Part shown: positions 14,494 through 27,417 of the stretch, piece by piece | Layout: every line of letters begins with the position of its first letter | How positions within the stretch are numbered: position 1 is the stretch's first letter | NCBI GenBank assembly: GCA_003971905.1 | Contig: RSEE01000080.1 | Location: forward strand, 1 to 64,000 | From: Moniliella sp. 'wahieum' | Lineage: Eukaryota | DNA length: 64,000 nt | Direction of reading: 5' to 3' | Notes under the pieces: model-generated | Databases searched by the model: none | What the model saw: the letters and a program-made list of their open reading frames with translations, nothing else | What the model was told of the DNA's origin: nothing | Made by a program: the position numbers and the translations under genes

Positions 14494-15800
14494 TTACTTC
14501 TGGTCTGCCAGCTCCACCACAAATGCAGTGGACAGGCGCACGAACTGCTCAAGATGGTCCCAGGACCACCCGTCAATGGTGGTCAGATCGCCCGTGGTGT
14601 GAATGGCATGCAGGTTGGAATCGGCAAAGAGACCTTCGATCGCAAACGCAGCCGGCACCCCTTGGCGGGTCCAAGAGGCATGGTCTGAGCCCGCGTAGCC
14701 CAACTGGGTCTCGCCCCAGGGGATGGTGAGGTACGTGTCAACCAGACGCTCGATCACAGCGTTGAGTCCAGCATCGGTAAAGTCCGTCACGAGCCCCACC
14801 TGCTCCTTGGATCCAGGCTTAACATAGGCCGTCATGTCTTGCTGCAACATCGCCCGCACCGAACGGCCTTGGGCAAGGTACTCCCTCACCACCTCTTGAC
14901 TCCCGAGCAGGCCACCTTCCTCGGCAGAGTACCAGTGCCACTCCACATCGTATCCCCCTTGGGCGCCCAACCCGACGCCAACAGCACTCGTAGCGCCTCG
15001 AGGATGGTGGCGGTGCCCGAACCATCATCATCTGCTCCAGGAGCAGCGAAGAACGGAATCATGTTGGTCGAGTCCTGGTGGGCACCAAGGATCACCACCG
15101 GCTTGTTCTCTCCCGCCGCAGGCGAAGGGATGCGAAGCACAATCGAGTTTTGGCCCCACCGTGCACAACCTCCCGCACTTGGGCTTTGGCGTGGGGAAAC
15201 TGGCTCGCCAGCGCTTCAACCTGGGACAGAAGCCATTTCTGACTCTCCCGCCCGGTCGACATGCGGTAGTGGCGCGTATGGAAGGACGTGAACGTCTGCA
15301 GCGTAGCTTGGACCGAGGGGATCGAGATGTTGGTGAAGATGCTTTCCTGCAGGAACGATTGGTGCAACAGTTTGGTAGGGAACGGCTTCTGGGGCACATG
15401 GATGGACTGCAGAGTAATGTCTTGCGTCGCCTCTGTCACATCGAAAAACTTTGCCCGCGCAAAAGCATGCGGTGCTTGCCATACTCGGTCGTCCAGAACG
15501 GAGCCGCATCGGGAGAAGCTGGAGGCCAAGCAGAGTCAGCGCTCAATTCAAAAGGGCGAGGCGAAAGGGACGTACTCTGGATCAAGCGCGGGGTGGTGAA
15601 GAACTTGGCGGTGCTCCAAACGTCCTGGGCGAGGGCCCCCAGCCCGGAGGGGCGGGAGCAACTGGCTTGACACTTGGCGCAAGGGGCGGGGCGGCGTCGC
15701 TGCCGGCAACGGGCAGCTGGAAGGGAAGCTGCTCCTGCACGGGAGCAGCCAGGGCCGTGGCAGCCAGGACGAGGGGAAAGAGTGTGGCAGCAAGCTTCAT
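14494..15800 (-). CDS. Secreted leucine aminopeptidase, peptidase M28E; frameshifted
   Basis: Signal peptide [67 protein letters not shown] Zn-ligand motifs. Confidence 0.92.
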
Positions 15801-16453
15801 GGTGGTGGACGGGAGCAGATAGATGGCGGGAGAAAGAGCGACGAGCGAAGCTGGGGCCAATCCAGCCAGATCCCACCCGGTCCACCCCAACCAGATCCAA
15901 CCAGACCCAACCACGTGCTCCCTTCGGCGTGGTCAAGATCAGCGCTGATATAAGTAAGGCGCCATCGCCGGCACTGCCCGGCACGTGACCCCGGGGTGCG
16001 GCATCCGGGACCGGCTGCTATCGACTGTCGTAACGCGTAGCACTCGGCGCATCTCCTTGTTCGTCCCCGCAGCGCCGTGTCCCCGCGAGCGCTCGACGCA
16101 ATACTCACCAGCAGGCAGCTCCGCTCCGCCTCAACGCTCAGTCTGAGCGCTCAGCTATGCCCCCAGGACGCCTGTCCCCATCCTTTGCTGTGACATGGGT
16201 TGGAGTCGTTCGAAAACGGCGTAGCGCAATGAGCATCCTAGAAACAGGACAGGGTACTGGGGTTCTTGGCTGGACAGCTCAGTCTGCGTTTCACGCTGAG
16301 GAAAGGGGCGGGTGTAGCTCTTTCACTCGTCTTCAGGCCGCGCCCTGGTCTATATCCTCTGTCAACTACCAGGGAACGTCGAATCGAATAAAGCAGGGGG
16401 AACGCGAGCAAACCAAGATCATTTGCATGAGTACTACGGAGGGGGCAGGCCAT

Positions 16454-19400
16454 TTAGCCCACATGGGACCCAGCACGGAACTTGGCCATGCGAGCCTTGC
16501 GCTCCTGCGCTGCCGCATCAGCAACGCCCGCTTGTCGTCTTTGCTGGCCGTAGAGGGGGCGAGGGAGGGCGCAGTAGACGACGCGGGCGAGGACGGGGCG
16601 GTAAAGGAGGAGAGCCCGGTCGAGATGGAAGGCGATGTGGCCAGAGGCGATATGGCCCGGACAAGAGGGGAGGCAGCCTGCACAGCAGGCGATTCCTGAG
16701 TCCTGGGGAGGTTGTCCGGGCAAGGGCGAATTGCCCATATGCGCAATGGGCGATACGACCGAAATGGCAGGCGAGGTGGCGCGGAGTACTGGCGAGGCGA
16801 GGTGATGTAACGAGGTTGCACCATCGGCACAGAAGTGGTGACCGACAGTCCTATTCCCATTCCCATCCCGCTCTGGGAGAGAGACAGGAGATCTGCTTCG
16901 CTTTCCCTTTGCGCCCCGTTCAGCAGGGGCGACCTGGGGGACTCAAAGCAGACGCCGTTGTCCGCGGTGTCTGCGGCGACCGCGGAGCGACTGATACGGG
17001 CGATGCCAAGGATTCCCTCTGCGGTGAGGTGATGGAGATGGACGCACGCGGCACGGATGGAGGCGTCGAGGGCATAAACGCGGGAGAATGTTGCATCGGT
17101 GTCGGCACAGAGGGGCCGGCTGGCGAGGCGGGATCGGCCGCCTCCTCAGGTTTAGCGGGCTGCACGGACGTTTCCTGCTCATCCAAGATTTCCGCATGGG
17201 TGGTCCCATCTGCAGCCGCAGGTTTCTCTGGCGTGACGGGCCTCTCCAGTTCGGCATGCACAGCTGGCGTGGCTGGCTCAGTCGGTAGCGCGAGGATCTC
17301 CTCCTTATTAGGTAGCGCCGCGTCAGTCTGAGTTGCCGGTTGGTTCAGGACCGGCGATTGGACAGGAGTGGGGTCCAGGGGATGCACCAGTGACACCGGC
17401 GTTGACGTTGTGGCAGCCGGGGGGGATGCGAATGCCGGGGTCGCCGCAACAGTAGGGGGGGATAATGGCATCGTGTGGCTACTCCACCCTCCTAGTTGAC
17501 TTACTTTGCTCAACCCCGAAGTCTGGGGGGCGGGCGGCGCAGCAAGAGGTGCAAATCCATCCATCGCCTTCGTCCATCTCATCCCACCCATCGTCTCCAC
17601 ATTCCCAGCATCAACAGAGGCCGTGCTCACGGTGAAGGGAGGACTCAGAGCGCCCAAAGGAGCAGAGTGTGCAGGGGGCTGAGAAGAGCGGTTCAGGAGC
17701 TGGTTTGGGCATGGCAGCCTCCACGGGCTCATCCTGGAAGAAAGAGACAGGGTCCTCCTGGGCAGGCTGGATCGGCAGGCGCTGCATGTGTGGGAAGAAT
17801 GGGTTCCGAAGCTTCTTCCCATGATTCTCCCCAATCATCTGGAAAAAGAAGTTAGCTCTACCCGTCACAACCGCGGAAGACGTACCATCAGTAACAGGGG
17901 CATCGAATGTGCTAGAGGAAGAAGGAGCGGGGGGCGCGAGAGGAAGTGGCATGAGGAGGGTCGGCCTCATCATGCAAAATCGTGTCGGCCAAGGAGGGTT
18001 TGGGCTTTGCTCCACCCAAAGCAAGCCCCTTTCGGAGAGGCATTTTCGGCGATGCGTGGGCACGAAGGGTGTTGAGCCTGGCAGAGGGTCGCGAGGGTTT
18101 CAGACCACGAGATACCGAAATCGGGGCAGGGCGTACGGCTGGGGCCGATGGGGGGTGGACAGACTCGAATGAGCCACGAGGGGGGGCATTCGATCCCATG
18201 GAAGACCTCGGCGTGGCAGAGGCGGAAGGGGTGGCCGCAAGGCGAGTAGCAGACAGGGACCACGACGCAAGCTGCCAGCAACACTCAAAGCGGAAGAAGT
18301 ATACCCCGAACCAGTGGATGCCCCGGGTGGCGCTTCCAGTGGTTCCGGGGCTGGGACAACGTCGTTGACCGAAGCAGGGAGCTGCTCAGCGGCGTGCTGG
18401 ATCCGCTTCAAAAAGATGGAGGTAGCACGAGCCGCTTCGTCCCGCATTCGCTTGTCGTGATCCAAAAGACAGGGGATGATCACGGGGAGGGCCTGTTTGG
18501 CCAAGTCCTCTGGCTCAAACTCTTCCCAGCCGCGATAAGAGCCAAGAGACCCGCCATGCGCGCATGGAAAAACGTGTCCTTCAGGGAGCGGGAAAATGCT
18601 GGGACTAAGACTTGTTTTTGGTGATGGCGTTAAAGTGAGGAGTCAACTTGCCTAGAAGAACAGTGGTGTTAGTCCGGATGCCAGGGTCCGCATCGAGTTG
18701 CAGTTTGGCAAGACACCGGAGAAGATCGTTGTTCAAGATGCGCTCGGAGAACTTGGGAGCCAGAGGCAGAATCGCACGCAAGTGGCCTCGCGTAATTGAA
18801 TTGCTGAGTCCCCCAATCCAGCCGAGAGTGGTGGCCAAATCTTGTCTACTACCGTCTTTTGGTCGAGGCGATCGATGTAGTCAGGTAGCTGCTGGAGAAG
18901 CGCCATTCGCATGGCCCGATCAGGCGATGCATATGCCTTGACAACCGCAGGGCGCAGGAGACGTTTCCAATCATCATCGCTCATGGATTTGGACATGCGC
19001 AGGCACAGTGGGACCAAGCGTGCGGCTGCCATCGTAGCACTTGGCCCCAGTCCCTGTGCCGCAGGAGGAGTCTCAGTGGCGCGAAGGAGGATGGGGATCA
19101 CCTTCCATGCCACAAAGGGGGCCGGAAGTGTCTCAGCAGCGGTATCGAGTGTCTCAAGGAGAGTCGCCCTCTCCCCTCAGTTGCCAGAAGGAAATTGTCG
19201 ATCCCCGCGGCGACCTGGACGAGACGGTTGGAGGCAAAGTACCCCCTGGTGCATCTCCGTCTTGAAGGAATTGGGCAGTAGAGAGCGAGAGCGAGCATTG
19301 GGAGTAAGCATGCGTTTGAGGACCTTGAACAGCTCGGGTGGTACCTTTCCTTGGGCCGGAACACCATGGAGTGGTGGCTGGGGCCCGTTGTACGCCTCGA

Positions 19401-20083
19401 GAGTCATCAGGGCCGTGCCGAACGAGTCAATCACATGTGGTGGCTGCCCCCTGGCTTCCGAGGGACCGACGGAGCGCATCTCAGGCGGAAAATTGTGGGA
19501 GGCGTCGGGAAGGAGAGATGCAAAACGGAAGTAGGCACCATCAGCGTCGGCGCTAGCTTGGAAACTTCAAAGCCACCCAGACGCCACTCGCCCGAGTCGG
19601 CGAGAAATATCGACTCTAGTCGTACATTTCCATGAATCGAGGCTGCATCCACATTGATAAACTTGATGGCGTTGGCAATGCGGCTGAGTCCCCACCCGAT
19701 CCATTCGGTGAGGGCAACCGGATCACTCTACCCCCTTCGGGGGAAAGCATCTGAGTGACGGGCACAACATGTTCCGTCGCAATGTATACAGTTGTCGACG
19801 TCTCGGCCGAGTCAAGGAAGCGCAAGCACATCGGGGTGCCGGAGAGTGCGCATGCGACGAGCAGCGTTTTGAGCGAGGGAAGCAAGCGCGCATCGTGGGC
19901 TGGGCGGTGGGTATCGAAAACAAAGATGGAGACGCTCTGCCCGTCGGCGCGGCGCACGCCTTCATGTAGCGACCAGAGCGTTTTCCCTTCAAAACCAACC
20001 ACCTTTTCGCCAACTGTGTAGTTGGGGAAGGGGCCACTGGCTTTCGCGAGCACCGCCGAAGACAAAGACTTGAAGTATTCCAT
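16454..20083 (-). CDS. CEX1: SCY1-like pseudokinase with HEAT repeats (SCYL1/Cex1); frameshifted
   Basis: Pseudokinase N-terminus (SIHGNVRLESIFLADSGEWRLGGFE); HEAT segments SPDRAMRMALL, LNNDLLRCLAKLQLDADPGIRTNTTVLLGK, RDTFFHAR; long disordered tail; C-terminal coiled ERKARMAK. Confidence 0.87.
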
Positions 20084-21847
20084 CGTGCGCGGTGGTGGTG
20101 GTGGTGGCGATGACGCGTGACGATGGAAGAGTTGCTCCAGGATGATCGATGAGAGTGGGCGGATGACGGTGACCGGGGGACGGTGACGCGCGTGTGACCC
20201 GGTGACGCGTGACGCGTGACGCCACATCAGAGCCAGGGTGGAAGCGCATGCCAGGAACATTTCAATTGTCATCATCGAAGTTTGCAACTTAAAGACTTGA
20301 TCGATGATCGAAGGCCGATGGATGCGCTCAATGAGCCACCCGGGCTCGCTCAAGGTTAGGGCCACGGCTCAGGGCTTCGATGCGAGTGGAGAGTGCAAGA
20401 CTGCGAGAGCTGTCAATTGGTGGCTCCAGGTGAGGCCACAGTAACAGGAGATGGAGATGGGGGAATGGATGAGGGTCATATTCATCGAGGGGCGCGGTAT
20501 ATATGCCTCGGAGAAGAAGAGTAGAGAACATGCGAGCTGAATCACACGGAGGAAGAAGGGGAGAGCATAGTCAAAGGGGAAGAAAACAGGTCTAGAAAAA
20601 ATCAGGGACCAGTCAACTTGGCTATTAAACAGCGATCAAGTGGGTCTGATCCTGACACACAGAGTATTAGAAGGAAGTGGAAGAGGCGGGGAGAAAGAGT
20701 GAACAAGAAGGGAGGCTAAAGAGAAAACCAATGCAGAGTGGCCCTCCTCGGTGTTGTATTAGGGGCCTAAAATCCACAGGGCTCTCGACGAGGCAACTAG
20801 GAGGGAATGAGGGAACGGGCAATCCTTTGAGGAGTGAAGCCACCAGCGTTAGCCGCTGACAAAGGACAAAGGGAAGACGGAGGAGTTATATTCGACCGCG
20901 TCTCCCCCACTCAACGTCGGCCCGAGAGCTCCGGTACCTCCAGTCCAAATTTTAAGGGGGTAAGTACAAGACCTCGTCTGGAACACATTGAATGGTGGAG
21001 GAGAGCTTGAGGATACCACTTACTGTGAGTCCAGCTCCCTCCACAGCGGACGCTCTTATAATTGCTATACCGTGCGCCCGCCGTGGCAACCTAATTGTGG
21101 CCTCCAGGTCGTGGACAGGCGAGACACAAGCTCTTGCGTGGCTGGCTGCAGCCGTAGCGGGGGAACGAAGAAGGTCGAAAGGGGAGAAGAAGATGTCACC
21201 ATATGTTGGGACTGGTGGCCGTCCATAGGCCAAGCGCGCAGCCTTATCACCCTTTGCCCTTATGTGACGTCCGAGGCCTTCACATGTATACTCCCGCTTG
21301 TTCGAGCCCCTGTCTCCTTTTGGTTTGGTATAGAAGGCCTAGACTGCAACCATCACCACCGCGATTGCATTGCTCTACATTACCAGAGATTCTCCACCCA
21401 AAATCCTTGGGTTTCCTCCGGTCTTACTTCATATATATCTTAGCTTCCAGTATACTGCAGGGTATTCTGCAAAAGGCGAAGAGGCACCACCATACGGTCC
21501 ATATCCATGTATGGGACGTAGTGTTGCACTCCAGACCTCGAGGGGAGTCCGTGAAGAATGCCATGGGGGTCAAGTAAAAGTCGGAGGGGGGGGGTGTTGA
21601 GGGAAGGAAAGGGGTTTTCAAAAGTTATCATAAGTCAGCAGCCCTCTGTGTGCCCCCAGCCCTGCCCACCATGCAAGATTCATGACATTGGCCAGGTCTG
21701 GTGCCACGCAACCGCCCTGCCATGACATGCATGACAGCTGCATCAGGTCGAAAGACTACACCCGACTGTTCGAGATCACATGTCGGGTCTTTACGCAGCG
21801 GAAATGGCATGCCACGCCGCATCGACACCTATATGACGCGCACAGTC

Positions 21848-21913
21848 CGTCCTGCCAAGCCGGGCCTGCATGATCGTCCGCCAAGCCGGGCCTGCATGAT
21901 CGTCCCGCCTAGC
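21848..21913. repeat. 26-bp tandem repeat (~2.5 copies)
   Basis: CGTCCGCCAAGCCGGGCCTGCATGAT repeated. Confidence 0.8.
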
Positions 21914-22509
21914 AGGGTCTCGCCGGGACAAATCGCAACGACCGCGCGCCCCAACTTAAGTTGACCAAAGTAGTTGCAGGGTCAGTTTCTGCAGGAGTAG
22001 GTTTCCCACTGCTCGACCCCACAGTGTCCGGGCAGTGTTTCCTCTCGCACTTTTTATGCGAGCGGGATGGAGGCGCGGCTGGCTTGCCCGCAGCTTCCAG
22101 CGTGCTGCAGAAACAACGGGGCCGGCGACAACGCCAATTAAACCCATCACGGTTGGATGATCCGGTAGAGCACATGTCAAGCATGCAAAACGGGATGGCC
22201 AGCGACAGCAGCAGCCATTGCTGCATTGTCCGGGCCATTGCCCGGCCAAGCACCGAATTGAGAGCCTCATCACTGCACTAGCTACCCTCCCTAAGAGCAT
22301 GACACATCATGCATCAGTACGCGGTATTACGCTGCCTCTCCAGCAGCCTCTATAATAAAGCTGCAGCACAGCACCCTGAATTTAATTGCGTACAGTGAAA
22401 CCGAGTAACTTGCTGTCTAAGGAAAAGCCCAAAGTCCCAAAACGCGCGTTATTATCCGTCATCCGCGTCATCGACGTCATCATCGATCATCCAACACAAA
22501 AGAGTGGTA

Positions 22510-22825
22510 GAATTAAAAGAGGGAAGGAAAGAGATATGGCATTGCAGTCACGCACTGAGCGCGGTAGAGTGCATCATAAAAGGAATATCATGATAGAGCT
22601 CAACCAGTGAACCTCATGATGTGCAACGATGGAAGCGTTATCCGTCTTAAAAGAGGCGGGTAGGAAAGAAATGGAACGAGTCGTACAACGGTCACGAACT
22701 GTGAGCGCGTTAGAGTGCATCAAGAAAAAGGAATATCATGTCATAGAGCTCAACCAGTGTGCCTCATGACATACAACGATGGAAAATGCATCAGAAGTTA
22801 AAAGGTAGGATCAACGAAAGAGAAC
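22510..22825. repeat. ~144-bp diverged tandem duplication just downstream of the ABC transporter stop
   Basis: Units begin at ~22547 and ~22691 and share TAGAGTGCATCA, AAAAGGAATATCATG, ATAGAGCTCAACCAGTG, CCTCATGA, CAACGATGGAA. Confidence 0.85.
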
Positions 22826-22853
22826 GTGGCGAGAAGCACAGACTTCTATACAC

Positions 22854-25800
22854 TCATAGGTCCACCTTCTCGAATTCATCCCCTCCTCGGCAAACAGGAC
22901 TGCATCGGCCGCGTGGTGCTGGTTCTGCTTGCGCCTTGCGCTTGGCCATCATCTTGGACGGGCTGAAGATGTAGAACAACCAGTAGAAGAAGAGGCGAGA
23001 TGAAGAAGTTGAACGCAATGTAGACCCAAAGCAAGCCAATGTCACGGAAACGATCGGAACAGAGAGAGAGTCGGTAGTCAGGAAAAAGTCGGGGTACTGG
23101 CAGTATCCACATGTTCCGTCAGAATTAGTAGTATAGTACCTGTTCCCACCGGCTTGGGGTGTCAAAGTGAGAGCTGAACCGTGGAGGTACTGGTCGCATG
23201 TCTGGTTGCAGGTGGGTGAATGGTCGCCAGCTCCTGGGGCGCACAAACGAGGCGCCTGTTGTTCAACACAGCGCCAACGACCGCTTCAATGTAGTAACGG
23301 AAGGGGCTGGCGTGAGAGATCCCTCGCCAAATGCCAGGAAAAGAGGCGGTGGTTGCACAACGCCGTCAACACGAGCACGATACAAAGAGTCAGGGCAAAG
23401 ATGACACCCCCAACCATCGAGTTGGCCGCTCCCATATTTGGATGGCGGGTGGCGAGGAATGTCCAGAAGCTTTGGAAGAGGATGGCGAACCAGAACAGGT
23501 AAATGCTTTCTCTTGCACTTGACCATAAAGTTCCATGGAATCCAAAAAGAGGGTACCACCAAACCAGTTGATGGGTGCCACAATGAGAAATGCGGGAGCA
23601 TGGCCATCCAGGAAATACATCTTGGATGGATGCTCCCGGATGTGGAAGAGGCCACGTAGGACGAGGTACTCAGGCATCATTTGCTGCGTCCCAACGGACG
23701 CGACGATCACCAGAGACATGAAGGCGGCAAAGAGCTTATTCTGGAGAGAGTTCACAGACATCTTTTCCCTTGCCCCAAAACGATGAGCCGATAAAACAGA
23801 CCAGACACGAGGTAAAGCCCAATTTTGCCAATGATATAGTCAGGGGGCGGCGATAATAGTGGACAGCGGTGCGTTGACAGCTGGGCGACTGGGTGCCAAA
23901 GCTGGCTGCAAACACGCAACTGCTGCTCGCATCCTCCAACGGACGCATGCCGGGTTTGACGCCGCTCCATGATTTTTCCACCTCCATGCGCATATCGCGA
24001 GCCAGATGTGAGTCGTTGTAGAGCTGAGCCCAGTCCTATAGGTTATGGCTGTGCACCAGCACAATGCACTCGAGCATAAACTCAGCGGGTTATGGTGGCC
24101 GACCTGTTGCCCCCGAATGCCCTCAAAGTAGCGAGCATACGGCCGCAGACACGCTGTTCATGTGGATATCTCCCGAAAAAAAGACCATTGCCACCACGCT
24201 TGAGGAGAATGAGACGGTCGTCGAACTGGGAAAAGAGCTCCCCAACTAGGCTGGTGGATGGTGCAGAGAAGGACTGACCCGAGTTGGCAGCTTTTTAAGG
24301 AACCGTACAATCGACCAAGCGGCAAGAGGGTCCTGCCTGACGTGGGTCGTCCAAAAAGATGAGGAGTTTCGGCTTGGCGCCAGCTCAACAGCAATGGTGA
24401 GACGTTTACGATGCGCGACGGACAGCCCTTCTCCCTCAGCTCCGACAATAGCTCGGCAAAGGGCTCCATGTCAAGCATACTAATGACCTCTTCAACATAT
24501 GCCAACTTCTCCTCGCGCGAGCACTTGATTGGCGGAGTATCACTAAACTGGAGAGCTTCACGCACAGTAGCCGTTGCCAAGTGATGTGTCTTGCTGTTGG
24601 CAATAACCCGTTGCTGTTGAAAAGACGAGGGCAGAGGCCAACCATTGACAGTAAAATCGCCGGTCACGACACCGTTCCACGCGTTGGGCCAGCACATTGA
24701 GCAATGTGTGTCTTGCCAGCGCCAGACTCGCCCATCACTTGTGAATCAAACCATGTCAGCAACAGAATCACAGTGGGAAATACGGTGTGGGAAGTGGTAT
24801 TACATGCCGTCATAGTCCCTGGCTGAAGCAAGCGTGACATGGTCGAGCAGTCGGCGCTTTTCCCACACACTTAATGTTGACTGTATAGGTCACGTCCGCC
24901 AGGCAAAAATAGATCACTGCTAGGGGCCAACGGCGCACCACCGTCAACCGTGTCTGCATCACCTACATCTGCGCTTCCGCTTTTTCCTGAGCCAATTGCT
25001 CGAGCTCGCCTTGAGACATGTGTTCTTAACCCCGCGACGGAAAACCATCACGCCACCCTGAGTAGACGCGGTCGGACTGGAGCTCGGTCATGGCAGCATA
25101 TGCAAGAACAAAGAACACGAAGTATCAATAAGAATGGCGACATTGCGGTTTGTTTGTCATAGGTATCCAATTGCTCGTCCAGGTAACTCAGTCCATTGAA
25201 GTTGCCTGTCCGGGATGGAACCCGCCACAGTGCACGCCTTGTTAGCGATGGAGCGTTGGGGATAAGGTGGAACAAGTCCAGCGCAGACGGCGTTGATCCG
25301 ACGAAACTCGTTCGTCATCAGAATCTCAACCCGAATCTGTGTGTATAGTAGGTAGTGGAGAAGGTTATGGTTAGTATGAGAGGCAAGGTCTGGAGAAAGA
25401 TTCAACATACGCCACAGGGTTACTGTACGACAGCCACTTCCACAGATAACGGGACTTGCGCGGTACAACATAGCCAGCGTCGAATGGCAAACCAGAGAAC
25501 GATTAGGCCACTGAGAAGCATCGCATCCGACGAGTGCCGGAATACAGCGCGATGGTGCGGAAGATGGCAACCATGATGACAGTGACAAGCATGATGACGA
25601 GCAGGCGATGAAGAACTGGTCGGCGGTATACGAGAGGCCCAGTGAGGAAGTAAATCACAATGGTAAAGATGGCCACATTGAGCGTACGGATCGGAATGTC
25701 AACAAAGTATTGGCCAAAGTCAGCGATGGATGGACTAACGCAAACCTGCGGTGTCGAATAACAATGGGGCGCTGAGTGTATGAGATGGTTACTTCCGTCT

Positions 25801-27417
25801 GAGCCATAAACGAGTTGAAGCAAAAGGAAAAAGAGCACACCACCACGAGGGAAAAAAAACCGGCAGTGTCTGGGGCATTTGGTAGAACGCAGAACCGAAT
25901 TAGGCCTTGGATGAAAGTGGCCCAAACATCACAATGGGAGTGACCAGATCACCCATCTGAACTTGAGCGCGGCGCAGGATGCACATGCGAATCTGCTGCG
26001 CCCAGGTGAGCAGGAACGGGGTGTTCCTTGTGGTCCACTTTCTCGTTGCTGCTCCAGAACTTTAACCAGGCCACTGGTGTCATTCTGAGCATCCGATGCA
26101 AACACCGCATCTGCTTCCTGGGCGCAGGCGACACCCTTCTGACTGTTGGCCAACACGAAGCATCTGCTGCGTCACGGGAACGCGATGCTCATATCCTGGG
26201 CGAACCTTACGCGCTGTGGCGTCCGTCACGCCAACAAGGAAATCGGCCGAGGTTTGGTGCTCAAATTGCTCAAAGCCTAGGTAGGTGTGAAGTACTCAAC
26301 CGCCCTGATCGACGGGCCCATAGTAGATGAACGTACCCAGAGTTGAGGACACCACTTGTCGAAGCAGTTGTATACGGGCTCACCAGCTTGATACATGGAC
26401 GCAGCACAACTCGTGTTCGTCACCCTACACAATGTCTTGAGTGCCGTAGAGAGCTCGACTGCGGTACTGGCATCCAGGCCGCGAGAAGGGTTGTCAAGAA
26501 GCATCACCCGGGCATGAAGAGCCATCACCTCAACCAGACTCACACGCTTCTTCTCACCGCCTGACACTCCACGGATCTGGGCATCACCAACGGGTGTGTT
26601 GTAGGTGTGGGTCAGACCGAGCGTGCGAGCAAATGCATCTCGCACCTGGTTGATGTAGTTCGCCCGATTGGGTTTTGCCTCGCCTAAGAGCGGACGGACA
26701 GATTCCTGAGGTGTACGCCCGGCAGTAGCAAAGCTGAGGGTGTGTTTCACGTTGAGCGAAGGGAAGTGAACATCGTCTTCACCTGCGTAAACGACTTCTC
26801 CGCGCTGAAAAATGAGAAGACACAAGAGTCAGCAAGATACATCACGATTGCAAACAGATAAGGGGGAATTGAGACGTACCAAGGGCCCTTCAACAGTCTT
26901 GTGCCCAACCCCGCCATAGGTGACTTCTCCATCAACAGAGCGGTACCCCTCCCGATAACTGGCGAGCGTCTTCAGAAAAGTGGTGCATCCAGAACCGGGT
27001 CTACCAAGAACAAGGAGTGTCTCTCCCGCCTTGAGCGCACCAGTGGTGGGGTTGATAATGGTCTTGACGGGAGGGTGAAGGAGAGAGAGACTGAATGGTG
27101 CTGGGCATAAAAGGAGCGTAGAACATGGAAAGTACCGTCTGACCGTGCTTGGAACCAGCCCCCACGCCGGTGACCTGCAAGTCTTTCCAAGCCACATCAA
27201 AGGGTGGAACATGGAGGGCCTGAGGGTCGTCAACCCAGGCTGCCTGGAGGAACTGATGCAGATCCGATAGTTCACCGTCGTATTCAGCAGAGCAGGCGTA
27301 GTCGGGTGGGAAATTGGTCGGCTTGAGCGGCAGAGGAGGAAGGAGCTCGGCCAAGCTTGCGTTGAGCGAGAGCGTCACTGTGGACGCGTCGCCAGGATAT
27401 TTCACGCTGGCGCTCAT
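22854..27417 (-). CDS. Full-size PDR/ABCG transporter (NBD-TMD-NBD-TMD; Snq2/Cdr-like); very heavily frameshifted, possibly a pseudogene
   Basis: NBD1 GRPGSGCTT, EDDVHFP, VSGGEKKRVS, DNPSRGLDAST, YQAGE; NBD2 MGESGAGKT, TVREALQFS, LCTIHQPS; TMD2 SLQNKLFAAFMS, IREHPSKMY; C-terminal CGYCQY loop. Introns near 26815-26878 and 24740-24805. Confidence 0.9.
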
